Part shown: positions 44,431-57,302 of the stretch, in pieces
Layout: every line of letters starts with the position of its first letter
Position numbering within the stretch: position 1 is the stretch's first letter
Source of the DNA: an uncultured Actinomycetes bacterium
GTDB taxonomy: Bacteria; Actinomycetota; Actinomycetes; Streptosporangiales; Streptosporangiaceae
Direction of reading: 5' to 3'
Assembly: GCA_963789225.1 (NCBI GenBank)
Contig: CAWBKD010000005.1
Span: 223,641 to 287,640 of the forward strand
DNA: 64,000 bases
Position numbers and translations under genes: made by a program
Notes under the pieces: generated by a model
Seen by the model: the letters and a program-made list of their open reading frames with translations, nothing else
Told to the model about the DNA's origin: nothing
Database searches by the model: none

Positions 44431-45945
44431 GTGGCAAATTCAGACCTGGCAGAAGTATGGGCTCGATCCCTCGACGGACTGGCCGACCTGCAGATCCAGC
44501 CGCACCAGCGGGCCTGGCTGAAGCTGACCCGCCCGCTCGGGCTGGTGGAGAACACCGCCCTCATCGCCACCCCCAACGAATTCGTCAAGGAACAGCTGGA
44601 AACCCGCCTGCGCCCCCTGCTCACCCAGGCCCTTTCCCAGCAGCTCGGCCGCGACATCCAGCTCGCGGTCACCGTCGATCCCGCGCCACCGCCGGCGCTG
44701 GCCGCCGGGGCGGGCGTCACCGACCTCATCGCCGAGCCCGCCGGGCCGCGAGTCCAGGGACTCGTCGTGTCCCTCGGCGCGGAGGACGGCGCACGGCACG
44801 CGGCGCAGCTCCCCGAGCCCGAGGACGCGGCGATGCGCGAGCCCGTCCACCAGGACCCAGGCCGACACGGGGGCATCCCGGGAGGCCAGCCCGGCCCCCG
44901 CCCAGGCGGCACCAGGCTCAACTCCAAGTACACCTTCGAGACGTTCGTGATCGGGTCCAGCAACAGATTCGCGCACGCGGCGGCCGTCGCGGTCGCCGAG
45001 GCACCCGCCAAGGCGTACAACCCCCTGTTCGTCTACGGCGACTCGGGCCTCGGCAAGACGCACCTCCTGCACGCGATCGGGCACTATGCGCAGACCCTCT
45101 ACTCCGGCCTGAAGGTCAGGTACGTCAGCTCGGAGGAGTTCACCAACGATTTCATCAACATGATCAGGGACGGCAAGCAGGACGGGTTCCGGCGCCGGTA
45201 CCGCGACGTGGACGTGCTGCTCGTCGACGACATCCAGTTCCTGGAGAACAAGGAAGGCACGCAGGAGGAGTTCTTCCACACCTTTAACACCCTGCACAAC
45301 GCCAGCAAGCAGATCGTGATCTCCAGCGACCGCGCGCCGAAGCGCCTGGTCACGCTGGAGGACAGGCTGCGCAGCAGGTTCGAGTGGGGCCTGCTCACCG
45401 ACGTGCAGCCGCCCGAGCTCGAGACCCGCATCGCCATCCTGCGCCGCAAGGCGATCCAGGAAGGGCTCAACGCGCCGCCCGAGGTGCTCGAGTACATCGC
45501 CAGCCGGATCTCCACCAACATCAGGGAACTCGAGGGCGCGCTGATCCGGGTGACGGCGTTCGCCAGCCTCAACCGGCAGTCCGTCGACCTCCAGCTCGCC
45601 GAGATCGTCCTCAAGGACCTCATCCCCGAGGCCCAGGGACCCCAGATCACGATCGCGACGATCATGGGCCAGACCGCGTCCTACTTCGGCCTGTCCATCG
45701 AAGATCTCTGCGGGACGTCCCGGTCCCGGGTGCTCGTCACCGCCCGGCACATCGCCATGTACCTGTGCCGGGAGCTCACCGACCTGTCGCTGCCGAAGAT
45801 CGGCCAGCAGTTCGGCGGGCGCGATCACACCACGGTCATCAACGCCGACAGGAAGATCCGCTCCCTGATGGCCGAGCGGCGGTCGATCTACACGCAGGTC
45901 ACCGAGCTCACCAACCGCATTAAGCAGCAGGCCCGGGCGGGCTGA
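44431..45945 (+). CDS. dnaA: chromosomal replication initiator protein DnaA
   Basis: GTG start. It has [27 protein letters not shown], Walker [31 protein letters not shown], and DNA-binding end [13 protein letters not shown]. Confidence 0.97.
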   Translation: MANSDLAEVWARSLDGLADLQIQPHQRAWLKLTRPLGLVENTALIATPNEFVKEQLETRLRPLLTQALSQQLGRDIQLAVTVDPAPPPALAAGAGVTDLIAEPAGPRVQGLVVSLGAEDGARHAAQLPEPEDAAMREPVHQDPGRHGGIPGGQPGPRPGGTRLNSKYTFETFVIGSSNRFAHAAAVAVAEAPAKAYNPLFVYGDSGLGKTHLLHAIGHYAQTLYSGLKVRYVSSEEFTNDFINMIRDGKQDGFRRRYRDVDVLLVDDIQFLENKEGTQEEFFHTFNTLHNASKQIVISSDRAPKRLVTLEDRLRSRFEWGLLTDVQPPELETRIAILRRKAIQEGLNAPPEVLEYIASRISTNIRELEGALIRVTAFASLNRQSVDLQLAEIVLKDLIPEAQGPQITIATIMGQTASYFGLSIEDLCGTSRSRVLVTARHIAMYLCRELTDLSLPKIGQQFGGRDHTTVINADRKIRSLMAERRSIYTQVTELTNRIKQQARAG

Positions 45946-46277
45946 CCGACCGCCCGCAAGTTATGCGCACAGTTTGTGGACAACATTGTGGAAGACATTC
46001 GGATAACCGGGGGACAACCCGTGGCAAGCTCGTGCCGCTGCCGCTGCAGGCCACAGCAGGGCCGGTGCCGTCCCCCGGCCGCACGCAGCGCCTGTGCGCA
46101 GCAAAGGCCGACTGACCAGCGCAGACACGGGTTCTCCCCATATCCACCGCACCTATGACTATGACGTTTATCTAAATAGGAAAAGAACAACACCGAAGTA
46201 GACCCTGTGGGCCAGGACGGCGCAGAACCACTGCTAACCCCCATGCTGCGCACACTGATACGTAGGAGGCAGTTCTC
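45946..46277. other. oriC (dnaA-dnaN intergenic region with DnaA boxes and an AT-rich unwinding element)
   Basis: A perfect TTGTCCACA lies on the minus strand at 45975-45983. 2-mismatch boxes lie at 45961-45969, 45987-45995, 45998-46006 and 46140-46148. The AT-rich stretch tatgactatgacgtttatctaaataggaaaagaaca spans ~46154-46190. Confidence 0.75.
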
Positions 46278-47381
46278 GTGAAGCTCCAGGTTGAGCGTGA
46301 TCAATTGGCGGAAGCCGTGGCCTGGACCGCCCGGGCGCTGCCGACCCGCCCGACCGCCCCGGTGCTCGCCGGGATGCGCCTGCACGCGGGAGCGGAACTC
46401 ACCCTGTCGACGTTCGACTACGAGGTCTCGGCTCAGGCCTCGGTGCCGGTCACCACCGATGAGGAGGGGACGATCCTGGTGTCCGGCCGCCTGCTGGCCG
46501 AGATCACCAGGTCCCTGCCCGCCAAGCCGGTCAGCCTGGTCACCGACGGTACCCGCGCCACGCTCAAGTGCAGCAGCGCCACCTTCACCCTCGTCCTGCT
46601 GCCGGAGGAGGAGTACCCGACGCTGCCCGAGATGCCGCCGCTCGCGGGAACCGTGGGCAGTGACGCGCTGGCCTCCGCCATCAGCCAGGTGGCCATCGCG
46701 GCCGGCCGCGACGACACCCTGCCCGTGCTGACCGGCGTCAGGATCGAGATCGCGGGCGACACGCTGACCCTGATCGCCACCGACAGGTACCGGCTGGCCA
46801 TCCGCGAGCTGCGCTGGAATCCGGCCCGGCCGGACCTCGACACGGCCGTGCTCGTCCCGGCCCGGGTGCTCGGCGAGACGGCCCGCGCCCTCACCTCAGG
46901 GGCCGAGGTGTCGATATCGCTCGGCGGTGACAGCCTCATCGGGTTCGCGGGCGCCGGGCGGCAAACTACCACCAGGCTGCTGTCCGGTGAGTACCCCAAG
47001 ACCCAATCGCTCCTGCCCGCCGAGTTCAACGCCACCGCGGAACTCGCGGCCAGCTCATTCGCCGAGGCGGTCAAGCGGGTCGCGCTGGTCGCCGAGCGGA
47101 ACACCCCCGTGCGCCTGGCCTTCAGCCCCGGCCAGCTCGTGCTCGAGGCAGGCGCATCGGAGGAGGCACAGGCGGTGGAGGTCCTCGAGGCGGCCTTCGA
47201 GGGCGATGACCTGCAGATCGCCTTCAACCCGCAATACCTGCTCGACGGGATCGGGGCGATCGACACCGACATCGCCAGGATCTCCTTCACCTCGCCGACT
47301 AAGCCCGCGGTGATCTCGGGCAAGGGCGAGCGGAACCCCGACTACCGGTACGTGCTGATGCCGATCCGGTCGGCCGGGTAA
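46278..47381 (+). CDS. dnaN: DNA polymerase III subunit beta
   Basis: TAGGAGG lies 8 nt before GTG. MKLQVERDQLAEAVAWTARALPTRPTAPVLAGMRL...LLSGEYPK...ISFTSPTKPAVI...YRYVLMPIR. Confidence 0.96.
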   Translation: MKLQVERDQLAEAVAWTARALPTRPTAPVLAGMRLHAGAELTLSTFDYEVSAQASVPVTTDEEGTILVSGRLLAEITRSLPAKPVSLVTDGTRATLKCSSATFTLVLLPEEEYPTLPEMPPLAGTVGSDALASAISQVAIAAGRDDTLPVLTGVRIEIAGDTLTLIATDRYRLAIRELRWNPARPDLDTAVLVPARVLGETARALTSGAEVSISLGGDSLIGFAGAGRQTTTRLLSGEYPKTQSLLPAEFNATAELAASSFAEAVKRVALVAERNTPVRLAFSPGQLVLEAGASEEAQAVEVLEAAFEGDDLQIAFNPQYLLDGIGAIDTDIARISFTSPTKPAVISGKGERNPDYRYVLMPIRSAG

Positions 47382-47408
47382 CGGGCGTACGCCCTCTAGT
47401 CTCGATCT

Positions 47409-48551
47409 GTGTACCTCACCCGGCTCGCCCTGACGGACTTCAGGTCCTACGCGGACACCTCCGTCGAGCTGGCTCCCGGCGTGACCACCTTCACCGGGCT
47501 GAACGGGGAGGGCAAGACCAACCTGGTCGAGGCCGTCGGCTACCTGGCCACGCTGGGCAGCCACCGCGTCGCCACCGACGCGCCACTAGTCAGGCACGGA
47601 GCGGAGCGTGCGGTCGTCCGGGCGGCCGTCACCGCGATCGGTGGCAGCGTGCTGGTCGAAGTCGAGCTCAACCCGGGCCGCGTCAACCGGGTCAGGCTCA
47701 ACCGCGCGCCGCTGCCGCGGCCGCGTGACATCCTGGGCACGCTGCGCACGGTGCTGTTCGCGCCGGAGGACCTGGCCCTGGTCAAGGGCGACCCCGGCGA
47801 CCGCCGCAGGTTCCTCGACGACCTGCTCGTCGCTACCGCGCCACGGTACGCGGGCGTGCGCGCCGACTACGAACGGGTGCTGCGGCAGCGGACGGCCCTG
47901 CTGAAGTCGGCAGGGGCCAAGGGGCACCTGCGCGGTGCGGCGCGCGAGTCCGTGACGGCCACGCTCGACGCGTGGGACGCGCAGCTCGCCCGGGCGGGCG
48001 CCCCGCTGCTGGCCGGGCGGATGCGCCTGGTCGCCGCGCTGCGGCCACACGTGTCCGCCGCCTACGAAGCGGTGTCCGGCGGTCGCTCCGGCGACGGGTC
48101 CGCGATCTCCTACCGCGCCTGCGTCGACGCGATCGGCCCCGATGACCAGCCGCCGGTGATCGAGGCCGCCATACTCAAGGCGCTGGCCGGGGTCCGGGCC
48201 AGCGAGCTCGACCGCGGCGTCTGCCTGGTCGGGCCGCACCGCGATGAACTCGAGCTGTCCATCGGCGGGCTGCCCGCCCGCGGTTACGCGAGTCACGGTG
48301 AATCGTGGTCGCTCGCACTCGCGCTGCGCCTGGCCAGCTTCGCGCTGCTCAGGGAGGGTGGCGAGGATCCCGTGCTCATCCTCGATGACGTGTTCGCGGA
48401 ACTGGATGCGGGGCGGCGGGAACGGCTGGCGGCCCTGGTCGCCGACGCCGAGCAGGTCCTGATCACGGCCGCGGTCCCGGTCGATATCCCCGGCCTGCTG
48501 ACCGGCCCGCGCTTCCACGTCGAGGCCGGCGTGATCAGCCGTGCCGGCTGA
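47409..48551 (+). CDS. recF: DNA replication/repair protein RecF
   Basis: [46 protein letters not shown] (Walker A), signature [16 protein letters not shown], and Walker [13 protein letters not shown]. Confidence 0.95.
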   Translation: MYLTRLALTDFRSYADTSVELAPGVTTFTGLNGEGKTNLVEAVGYLATLGSHRVATDAPLVRHGAERAVVRAAVTAIGGSVLVEVELNPGRVNRVRLNRAPLPRPRDILGTLRTVLFAPEDLALVKGDPGDRRRFLDDLLVATAPRYAGVRADYERVLRQRTALLKSAGAKGHLRGAARESVTATLDAWDAQLARAGAPLLAGRMRLVAALRPHVSAAYEAVSGGRSGDGSAISYRACVDAIGPDDQPPVIEAAILKALAGVRASELDRGVCLVGPHRDELELSIGGLPARGYASHGESWSLALALRLASFALLREGGEDPVLILDDVFAELDAGRRERLAALVADAEQVLITAAVPVDIPGLLTGPRFHVEAGVISRAG

Positions 48552-49080
48552 CCGCACGAGCCCGGATCGCGCTCGCCTGGCGGCGGAGGCGCTCGCCGAG
48601 GCCAAGGCGGACGCGCGCGCCCGGGGCGAATATGTTCACCCCCGGGGGGACGACCCCCCCGGTGACCCCCCCGCGCCCGGGGGGGCTGCCCGCCGCCCCG
48701 TACCCCCTGGGGGGCGTCCACGCCAGGACGACCCGGAGCGGCTGGCCGGCGCGATCGACGGCCTGCTCGACACGCGCGGCTGGCAGGAGCGGGCGGCGAT
48801 GGGGTCGGTCTTCGGCCGCTGGGCGGAGATCGTTGGCCAGGACCTGGCGGCGCACACCTGCCCGGATACCTTCGCCGACGGGGAACTCGCGGTGACCGCC
48901 GACTCGACGGCCTGGGCGACCCAGGTCCGGCTGCTCGCGTCGGTCCTGGTGGCCCGGCTCAACGCCGAGCTCGGCCAGGGCACCGTACGCAGGGTGAAGG
49001 TCCGCGGCCCGGCACCGCCGCGCCAGCGCGGCGCCTGGCGCGTCCCCGGCAGCAAGGGCCCCGGCGACACCTACGGCTAG
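48541..49080 (+). CDS. dciA: DUF721/DciA family protein (helicase-loading factor family)
   Basis: Overlaps recF by 11 nt. It has [75 protein letters not shown]. Confidence 0.85.
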   Translation: MPADRTSPDRARLAAEALAEAKADARARGEYVHPRGDDPPGDPPAPGGAARRPVPPGGRPRQDDPERLAGAIDGLLDTRGWQERAAMGSVFGRWAEIVGQDLAAHTCPDTFADGELAVTADSTAWATQVRLLASVLVARLNAELGQGTVRRVKVRGPAPPRQRGAWRVPGSKGPGDTYG

Positions 49081-49124
49081 CAGGCCAAGACGGCCCAGGT
49101 TGTCGTCGGTCGAAGGTAAAATGA

Positions 49125-51116
<1,992 letters not shown>

Positions 51117-51168
51117 TCCGTCGGCCGTGAGGCCTGGCTGGTTCTATCCGTAAGTAGGGATTGCGAAA

Positions 51169-53727
51169 GTGACAGAAGTTACCGATCCGCCGGGCGGGCA
51201 CGACCGCATCGAGCCGGTCGACATCCAGTACGAGATGCAGCGCAGCTACATCGACTACGCGATGTCGGTCATCATCGGCCGTGCGCTGCCCGACGTGCGG
51301 GACGGGCTCAAGCCGGTCCACGTGCGGATCCTGTACGCCATGTACGACCAGGGATTCCGCCCGGACCGGGGGTTCGTCAAGTGCGCTCGGCCCGTCGCCG
51401 AGGTCATGGGTAACTACCATCCGCACGGCGACAGCGCGATCTACGACGCGCTCGTCCGGATGGCGCAGCCCTGGTCGATGCGGATGCCGCTGATCGACTC
51501 CCAGGGCAATTTCGGCTCGCCGGGTAACGACCCGCCCGCGGCCATGCGATACACGGAGTGCCGCCTCACCCCGCTGGCGATGGAGATGCTGCGGGACATC
51601 AACGAGGAAACCGTCGACTTCCGCGAGAACTACGACGGCCGGTCGTCCGAGCCCGTGGTCCTGCCGAGCCGGTTCCCCAACCTGCTGATCAACGGGTCCG
51701 AGGGGATCGCGGTCGGCATGGCCACCAAGATCCCGCCGCACAACCTGCGCGAGGTCGCGGCCGGGGCGCAGTGGTACCTGGACAACTTCGGGGCCTCCGA
51801 CGAGGAGCTGCTCGACGCGCTGATGGAGCGGATCCAGGGTCCGGACTTCCCCACCGCCGGCCTGATCGTCGGGCGGCGCGGGATCAGGGACGCCTACCGC
51901 ACCGGGCGGGGCTCGATCACCATGCGCGCCGTGGTCGAGGTCGAAGAGGACGCCCGCGGGCGCACCTGCCTGGTCGTGAGGGAACTGCCCTTCCAGGTCA
52001 ACCGGGACAACCTAGCCGAGAAGATCGCCGAACTGGTCCGGGACGGCCGGATCAACGGGATCGCCAGCATGCAGGACGAGAGCAGCGGGCGCACCGGCCA
52101 GCGGCTCGTGATCGTGCTGAAGCGGGACGCGGTCGCCAAGGTCGTCCTCAACAACCTCTACAAGCACACTCAGCTGCAGGACACGTTCGGCGCCAACATG
52201 CTGGCCCTGGTCGACGGCGTGCCGCGCACGCTGCGCCTGGACCAGATGATCAGGTACTGGGTGACGCACCAGATCGAGGTCATCGTCCGGCGCACCAGGT
52301 ACCGGCTGCGCAAGGCCGCGGAGCGGCTGCACATCGTCGCCGCCCTGCTCAAGGCCATCGACCGGATCAACGAAGTCATCGCCCTGATCAGGGCCAGCGC
52401 CTCGGCCGCTGAGGCGCAGCAGGGCCTGATGGGGCTGCTGGAGATCGACGAGATCCAGGCGCGCGCCATCCTGGACATGCAGCTGCGCAAGCTGGCCGCC
52501 CTGGAGCGCCAGGAGCTCGTCGATGAACGGGACGATCTCGAAGCCAAGATCGCCGACTACGAGAGCATCCTGGCCTCGCAGGAACGGCAGCGGGAGATCG
52601 TGGGCACCGAGCTGGCCGAGATCGTCACCAGGTACGGAGACGCCCGGCGCACCGAGATCATCGCCTATGACGGCGAGGTGGCCGACGAGGACCTGATCGC
52701 CGAGGAAGACGTCGCGGTCACCATCACGTACGGCGGGTACGCCAAGCGCACCAAGACCGACCTGTACCGCGCGCAGCGGCGCGGCGGCAAGGGCGTGCGC
52801 GGCGCGCAGCTTCGCACCGATGACATCGTGGACCACTTCTTCATCACCACGACCCATCACTGGATCCTGTTCTTCACCAACAAGGGCCGCGTCTACCGGG
52901 CCAAGGCCTACGAGCTGCCCGACGCCGGCCGCGACGCCCGCGGCCAGCACGTGGCCAACCTGCTCGCGTTCCAGCCCGACGAGCGGATCGCCGAGGTACT
53001 CGCGCTGCGCGACTACCAGGTGGCGCCCTACCTGGTCCTCGCCACCCGCTCGGGGCTGGTGAAGAAGTCCAAGCTGACCGCCTTCGAGAACGTGCGGTCG
53101 GGCGGCATCATCGCGATCAACCTGCGCGAGGACGACGAGGTGATCGCGGCCCGGCTGGTCTCCCCCGAGGACGACCTGCTGCTGGTGAGCAAGGGCGCGC
53201 AGGCGATCAGGTTCCACGCCGACGACGACTCGCTGCGCCCGATGGGCCGGGATACCTCGGGCGTCATCGGGATGCGGTTCAACGACGGTGATCAGCTGCT
53301 GGGTATGTACGTGGTCAAGGACGGCGGTGACGTGCTGGTGGCCACGGGCGGCGGCTTCGCCAAGCGCACGCCGGCCGACGAGTACCCGGTCCAGGGCCGG
53401 GGCGGCCGCGGCGTTGTCACCGCCAAGATCACCGAAGCCCGCGGTGAGCTCGTCGGCGCGCTGATGGTGCACGCCGACGACGAGATCTTCGCCATCACCT
53501 CGGCGGGCGGGGTGATCAGGACCCAGGCGGGCGGGATCAAGCGGTCAGGACGGCAGACCATGGGGGTCCGGCTGATGAACCTGGCCGCCGGGGACAGCGT
53601 GGTGGCGCTGGCCCTCAACGCCGAGTCGCTGGCCGAGGGGGAGCCGGCCGACGAGGACGCCGACCCGGGCCAGGTCGAGGGTGAAGCAGATCCTGAGGCG
53701 CCTGCGGCCGGATCAGACGACGAGTAA
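51169..53727 (+). CDS. gyrA: DNA gyrase subunit A
   Basis: [45 protein letters not shown], active-site [10 protein letters not shown], GyrA-box/beta-pinwheel repeats, and an acidic tail. Confidence 0.97.
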   Translation: MTEVTDPPGGHDRIEPVDIQYEMQRSYIDYAMSVIIGRALPDVRDGLKPVHVRILYAMYDQGFRPDRGFVKCARPVAEVMGNYHPHGDSAIYDALVRMAQPWSMRMPLIDSQGNFGSPGNDPPAAMRYTECRLTPLAMEMLRDINEETVDFRENYDGRSSEPVVLPSRFPNLLINGSEGIAVGMATKIPPHNLREVAAGAQWYLDNFGASDEELLDALMERIQGPDFPTAGLIVGRRGIRDAYRTGRGSITMRAVVEVEEDARGRTCLVVRELPFQVNRDNLAEKIAELVRDGRINGIASMQDESSGRTGQRLVIVLKRDAVAKVVLNNLYKHTQLQDTFGANMLALVDGVPRTLRLDQMIRYWVTHQIEVIVRRTRYRLRKAAERLHIVAALLKAIDRINEVIALIRASASAAEAQQGLMGLLEIDEIQARAILDMQLRKLAALERQELVDERDDLEAKIADYESILASQERQREIVGTELAEIVTRYGDARRTEIIAYDGEVADEDLIAEEDVAVTITYGGYAKRTKTDLYRAQRRGGKGVRGAQLRTDDIVDHFFITTTHHWILFFTNKGRVYRAKAYELPDAGRDARGQHVANLLAFQPDERIAEVLALRDYQVAPYLVLATRSGLVKKSKLTAFENVRSGGIIAINLREDDEVIAARLVSPEDDLLLVSKGAQAIRFHADDDSLRPMGRDTSGVIGMRFNDGDQLLGMYVVKDGGDVLVATGGGFAKRTPADEYPVQGRGGRGVVTAKITEARGELVGALMVHADDEIFAITSAGGVIRTQAGGIKRSGRQTMGVRLMNLAAGDSVVALALNAESLAEGEPADEDADPGQVEGEADPEAPAAGSDDE

Positions 53728-53910
53728 TCCGGGACGAATAGGGTAGAGGGGTAAACTTCGGGCTCGGGTCCACGGCAACGACTGCGGGGACCTGCGCGTC
53801 CCATAAATAGCTAGAGGCAGCGGTGAGATGCCGCCTTCTTTGCATGGCTGTCGCATGGGCGTCTCGTCCAGAGATACCCTCGTGAGGGTCTGGATCAGAG
53901 GGAGGACGGC

Positions 53911-55056
53911 TTGGACAGGCGTACGGACGACCCCGATGAATCGGGTGGGGCGTCGCCGACAGTCGTGACCTCACGACAGGACGGCGATGACCCCATCTCC
54001 GACGATGGCCGCGACACCCGCCCGGTCGGCATCATCGTGCCCTCGCCCATGATGCCGCGGATGCCGGGTGAGGCCCCGGCCGTCCCGTCGATGTGGAACG
54101 CCCCCGCCGTCGGCGAGAACGGGAAGGACGGCTCCGAGGCTGCCGTCACGGACGCTGCTGCCGAGGACGCGCCCGCCGGGCTCGGCGCCCTGGGGCCGTC
54201 GGCTTTTGACTCGTCCGCCTTCGACATGCCGGAGTTCTCCTTTAGCGCTCCGGACTCACCGGGTCTGGACTCCTGGGGTACGGGCCCGGTCTCCTGGAGC
54301 CTGAACGATACTGACGAGCCGTCGGCCGACGGCGCGCTCGCGACCGACCCGCTAGCGCCGGACGAGCCCGACGCCAGCCCGCTGTTCGAGCAGCCGTCGT
54401 TCAGCACGTCGTACACCCCGCTGCCGGCGGTGAGCGAGCCGCCCGCCCCGCAGCCCAGCGCGGATCCGCCCGCGGTCTCCGCGGCGGCGTTCACCTGGGA
54501 GACTCCCGAGCCCCCGCCCACGTCACCGTCGTCGCCCGCCCGGACCTTCCTGCGGTCGGCCGGGAACGCGAAGCCCCCGGCTCCCGCGAGGCCGGCGGCG
54601 ACCGTCGCCAGCCCGCAAAAACCCGCGCCGGCCCCGGCCCCGGCCACGGTGCGGAGGGCGCCGCCGAAGGCAGCCGCCAAGCGCTCGGTCCGGCAGGCGC
54701 ACCTGACCATCGCCCGGGTCGAGCCGTGGTCCGTCATGAAGTTCAGCTTCGTCGTGTCCCTCGTCGCCTTCGTGATCCTGTTCGTCGTCGTCACCGTGCT
54801 CTGGGGCTCGCTGTCGGCGCTCGGCGTGTTCGACTCGCTGCAGCGCGTCGTCTCCAACGTGACGTCCAGCCAGGCCTCGAACGGCGTGAACGCGGCGAAA
54901 TGGTTCTCGGCCTCCCGGATACTCGGCTGGACCGCCCTGCTCGGCTCGCTTAACATCGTGCTGATCACGGCGATGTCGACCATCGGCGCGGTGGTCTACA
55001 ACCTGACGTCCCGGCTGGTCGGCGGCGTGGAAGTGACCCTCCGCGAGACCGAGTGA
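53911..55056 (+). CDS. DUF3566 domain-containing membrane protein (Rv0007-like)
   Basis: GGGAGG lies 5 nt before TTG 53911. The N-half is disordered and Pro/Ala/Ser-rich. The conserved end reads RQAHLTIARVEPWSVMKFSFVVSLVAFVILFVVVTVLW...NIVLITAMSTIGAVVYNLTSRLVGGVEVTLRE. Confidence 0.85.
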   Translation: MDRRTDDPDESGGASPTVVTSRQDGDDPISDDGRDTRPVGIIVPSPMMPRMPGEAPAVPSMWNAPAVGENGKDGSEAAVTDAAAEDAPAGLGALGPSAFDSSAFDMPEFSFSAPDSPGLDSWGTGPVSWSLNDTDEPSADGALATDPLAPDEPDASPLFEQPSFSTSYTPLPAVSEPPAPQPSADPPAVSAAAFTWETPEPPPTSPSSPARTFLRSAGNAKPPAPARPAATVASPQKPAPAPAPATVRRAPPKAAAKRSVRQAHLTIARVEPWSVMKFSFVVSLVAFVILFVVVTVLWGSLSALGVFDSLQRVVSNVTSSQASNGVNAAKWFSASRILGWTALLGSLNIVLITAMSTIGAVVYNLTSRLVGGVEVTLRETE

Positions 55057-55150
55057 ACGTCCGCGGTCCCGCGTCACGGCGCGACCGCCCCGCAGGTACG
55101 GTAGGATGTTGGCTTGCGCCTGTTTCCGCAGGTCAAGCCGGTTATGGCAT

Positions 55151-55224
55151 GGGGTTATAGCTCAGTCGGTTAGAGCGCGTCCCTGATAAGGACGAGGCCC
55201 GTGGTTCAAGTCCACGTAACCCCA
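55151..55224 (+). tRNA. tRNA-Ile (anticodon GAT)
   Basis: GGGGTTATAGCTCAGTCGGTTAGAGCGCGTCCCTGATAAGGACGAGGCCCGTGGTTCAAGTCCACGTAACCCCA folds as a cloverleaf with anticodon loop CTGATAA. CCA is not encoded. Confidence 0.93.
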
Positions 55225-55389
55225 CACCTGGTATCCTTTCCCCAGTTAACCGAAGCCATCTGTTTGCTGCGGAGTGCGGCTGAGACCATACATCGGGTCC
55301 AAGCTTGCTAAGCTGCCCGTACACACCTGCGGTCAGCCGATCCGCTTCCGCGGGCAGGATCTGGACGTCATCGAGGTGGAGGGTTCCTC

Positions 55390-55515
55390 GTGGTAAAGAA
55401 GCTGCTCCTGGTCGTCCTTCTCGGGCTCGCCGCATTCGCCGTCTGGCGTAAGGTCGTTTCCGACCGGGCCGAGCTCGACCTGTGGACCGAGGCGACGGCA
55501 GCTGACGACGACTGA
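55390..55515 (+). CDS. DLW-39 family small membrane protein
   Basis: Below the ORF-track size cut-off. GGAGGG lies 7 nt before GTG 55390. The 41-aa product is VVKKLLLVVLLGLAAFAVWRKVVSDRAELDLWTEATAADDD, with the family DLW motif and the usual position after gyrA/tRNA-Ile. Confidence 0.75.
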   Translation: MVKKLLLVVLLGLAAFAVWRKVVSDRAELDLWTEATAADDD

Positions 55516-55581
55516 CCCGCGCGATCGGCGGCGAGGTCCGGCAGCCCGCGGACGAGCCGTCCGGCGCCAGGGGGCGACCCG

Positions 55582-56307
55582 GTGAGCGATACTTCTCCGG
55601 TTTCACTGGTCTGCTGTGACGTGCTCGGAGCCGCGGCGGCCGACGCCAGCGTGCTCGAGCGGGCGTTCGCCGAGGCGATCGCCACCCAGGGCGTGGTAAC
55701 GGGGACCGCGGCCTACGTCAGGTCCATGGTCCAGTTCGACAGGACCCGAGGCTGGTCTCCGGCCGAAGTCATCCACAGCCTGTTCCCCGAGGACGAGATC
55801 CGGGCGCAGGCCGCGATCCTCGCCTTCGAGCGGTCGTTCCAGGCCGCCGTGGACCGGTTTGGCGTCCTCCCGCTGCCCGGGGCGAACGAGGCGCTGGCCA
55901 AGCTCACCGCCGCAGGCACCAAGGTCTGCCTGCTCTCGTGCCTGTCCAGGCCCGCGCTCAGCCTGATCACCGAACGCCTCGGCTGGTGGCAGCGCGCGGA
56001 CCTGATGCTCTGCGCGGACGACGTGACGAGGGGCTTCCCCTGGCCCGACCTGGTCCTCACCGCGGTCCTGCGGCTCGGCATCGGTGACGTGCGGGACGTG
56101 GCCGTGGTCGCGGCCACCGAGAGCGGCGTGCTGTGCGCGCGGCGCGCCGGGGCCCGGCTGGTGATCGGCATGCGGGGCGGCGCGCACAGCGCGAGCAGGC
56201 TCCGCAGGGCCGGGGCCACCCACCTGCTGGCGGATATCGGCGACCTGCCGGACCTGGTGGCATCACAGGGCGAGAGCGGCGGCTACGCCGTTGACCACGG
56301 CGAGTGA
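55582..56307 (+). CDS. HAD-superfamily-like protein with degenerate catalytic motifs
   Basis: 241 aa. The overall HAD layout is present (cap region, LLSCLS motif II-like, VVAATESGVLCARRAGA motif IV-like). Motif I reads LVCCDVLG instead of DxDGT. Confidence 0.7.
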   Translation: MSDTSPVSLVCCDVLGAAAADASVLERAFAEAIATQGVVTGTAAYVRSMVQFDRTRGWSPAEVIHSLFPEDEIRAQAAILAFERSFQAAVDRFGVLPLPGANEALAKLTAAGTKVCLLSCLSRPALSLITERLGWWQRADLMLCADDVTRGFPWPDLVLTAVLRLGIGDVRDVAVVAATESGVLCARRAGARLVIGMRGGAHSASRLRRAGATHLLADIGDLPDLVASQGESGGYAVDHGE

Positions 56308-56341
56308 CTGACTTCGCCTGCCGCGTGGCAGACTGTCAGGC

Positions 56342-57205
56342 ATGCCGGAACTGCCGGAAGTGGAGTCGCTTGCAGAATTTCTGCGCGCGCACGCTACGGG
56401 TCACGCGATAGCGCGCGCCGACGCCGCCTCGTTCTCGGTCCTTAAGACCTTCGACCCGCCGCTGACCAGCCTGAACGGGCAGGTGATCGCCGGGGTCGGC
56501 AGGCACGGCAAGTTCCTCGACATCTCCACCGACCAGGGTCTGCACCTGATCATGCACCTGGCCCGGGCGGGCTGGCTGCGCTGGCGCGAGGACCTGCCCA
56601 CGACGCCGCCGAAACCCGGCAAGAGCCCCCTGGCCTTCCGCCTGGCGCTCGACGACGGCTCCGGGTTCGACCTCACCGAGGCTGGCACGCACAAGCGCCT
56701 GGCGGTCTACCTGGTCCGCGACCCCGCCGAGGTGCCCGGCGTGGCCACGCTCGGTCCGGACCCGCTGGCCGCCGATTTCACCATGGACACCCTGGCGGGC
56801 CTGCTGTCCGGCCGCCGGACGCAGATCAAGGGCGTGCTCCGCGACCAGCGGATCATCGCCGGCATCGGCAACGCCTACTCCGACGAGGTGCTGCACGCGG
56901 CGAAGATGTCCCCGTTCAAGATCGCGGCCAGCATGACCCCTGACGAGGTGGCCGTCCTGTACGACGCCATCAAGACGACCCTGCACGAGGCGGTCGAGCG
57001 TTCGGCGGGCCTGGCGGCCGCCGACCTGAAGGGCGAAAAGAAGAGCGGCCTGCGGGTACACGGCAAGACCGGCCAGGCCTGCCAGGTCTGCGGCGACACG
57101 ATCCGGGAGGTCTCGTTCGCCGACTCCGCGCTCCAGTACTGCCCGACTTGCCAGACCGGCGGCAAGCCCCTCGCCGACCGCCGCCTGTCCCGCCTGCTCA
57201 AGTGA
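56342..57205 (+). CDS. Fpg/Nei family DNA glycosylase
   Basis: MPELPEVESLAEFL (catalytic Pro2/Glu3), H2TH region LRDQRIIAGIGNAYSDEVLHAAKMSP, and zinc finger CQVCGDTIREVSFADSALQYCPTCQ. Confidence 0.9.
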   Translation: MPELPEVESLAEFLRAHATGHAIARADAASFSVLKTFDPPLTSLNGQVIAGVGRHGKFLDISTDQGLHLIMHLARAGWLRWREDLPTTPPKPGKSPLAFRLALDDGSGFDLTEAGTHKRLAVYLVRDPAEVPGVATLGPDPLAADFTMDTLAGLLSGRRTQIKGVLRDQRIIAGIGNAYSDEVLHAAKMSPFKIAASMTPDEVAVLYDAIKTTLHEAVERSAGLAAADLKGEKKSGLRVHGKTGQACQVCGDTIREVSFADSALQYCPTCQTGGKPLADRRLSRLLK

Positions 57206-57302
57206 AAGATCCATTGACCCCGAACGGCGCTTGTTGCTCCCCCGCGCCATGCTGTGCATCGCGGCCCAGGTCCTGACCGGGTAACCTGGGCGCAGACATT
57301 TC

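Noticed and set aside
55142-55606. 154-aa minus-strand ORF covering tRNA-Ile and the DLW-39 gene. There are similar ORFs over tRNA-Arg (4703..4942, 4731..4919) and over the tRNA fragment (7274..7573).
   Set aside because: They overlap well-folded tRNA genes or better-supported features. No SD or family motif.
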